Part shown: piece after piece, positions 7,615 to 7,912 of the stretch | Layout of the letters: every line of letters begins with the position of its first letter | Numbering within the stretch: the stretch's first letter is position 1 | Assembly (NCBI GenBank): GCA_049968235.1 | Contig: JBMFRC010000040.1 | Span: forward strand, 1 to 7,912 | Length of the DNA: 7,912 bases | Reading direction: 5' to 3' | Source: Candidatus Hydrogenedens sp. | Lineage (GTDB): Bacteria > Hydrogenedentota > Hydrogenedentia > Hydrogenedentales > Hydrogenedentaceae | Position numbers and translations under genes: made by a program | The notes under the pieces: model-generated | The model's input: only the letters and a program-made list of their open reading frames with translations | The model's database searches: none | What the model was told of the DNA's origin: nothing

Positions 7615-7912
7615 ATGGTAAACAAACCAAACATAGCAAATTCAGGTATATCATTTAGAGACCGTTTTATCAGTGCCCTTTTAATAGGGGGAGTTATAGG
7701 GATTTTATGTGGTAGTGCAATAAAAATGTTTTATGCTCCTATTAAAACAGTTCCTCAAGAAATGAAAATGGTTACAGAAAAGAAAAAAAATATATACAAA
7801 GATAAAAAAATTAACGAAAATGTAAATTTATTAGAAAATCATCCTGTGATGGCTTATATTAAGGCATACCAGGAAGAGAAATGGGAAAATGTCATTGAAC
7901 AAACACAATGGA
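7615..7912 (+). CDS. Hypothetical small membrane protein, 3'-partial (runs off the window end)
   Basis: First ATG at 7615, 12 nt after the upstream stop. Frame 1 is open to base 7911. The predicted TM helix ALLIGGVIGILCGSAI is followed by a Lys-rich soluble segment. No clear SD, so the start is uncertain. Confidence 0.4.
   Translation, partial: MVNKPNIANSGISFRDRFISALLIGGVIGILCGSAIKMFYAPIKTVPQEMKMVTEKKKNIYKDKKINENVNLLENHPVMAYIKAYQEEKWENVIEQTQW

Noticed and set aside
1-7912. Mobile element, CRISPR array, or RNA genes
   Set aside because: No transposase/integrase-like ORF, no terminal inverted repeats flanking a segment, no regularly spaced direct repeats, and no tRNA/rRNA-like GC-rich structured stretches were seen. 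All sizeable intergenic gaps are short (at most 103 bp).
7615-7912. Partial ORF as a type IV prepilin/pseudopilin
   Set aside because: The N-terminus lacks the G-F-T/S-L-I-E prepilin peptidase motif. The hydrophobic segment begins about 20 residues in, more like a generic signal anchor.

Overview
Very AT-rich bacterial chromosomal segment (GC looks like about one-third or less by eye; Lys/Ile/Asn-rich proteins). Nine CDSs on the usual bacterial plan. (1) 3' part of a Crp/Fnr-family regulator, running in from the left edge. (2) glgC (glucose-1-phosphate adenylyltransferase), a secure call. (3)-(6) a tightly packed co-directional run: secreted/anchored TPR-like protein, rhomboid intramembrane serine protease, a tiny membrane-anchored J-domain protein, and a Tat-signal alkaline-phosphatase-superfamily (NPP/type I phosphodiesterase-like) enzyme, the last two overlapping by ATGA. 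(7) a convergent Tat-signal protein of unknown function on the minus strand. (8) a stand-alone cyclic-nucleotide-binding (CNB) domain protein. (9) the 5' part of a small membrane protein running off the right edge. No rRNA/tRNA, CRISPR array, transposase/integrase or obvious defence-system signature was seen. The most unusual items are the TPR + rhomboid + mini-J-domain + Tat-substrate module, the uncharacterised Tat protein, and the CNB-domain/TM-protein pair next to an AT-rich divergent promoter with phased repeats. All functional calls rest on motif recognition in the translated ORFs only; no searches were run.
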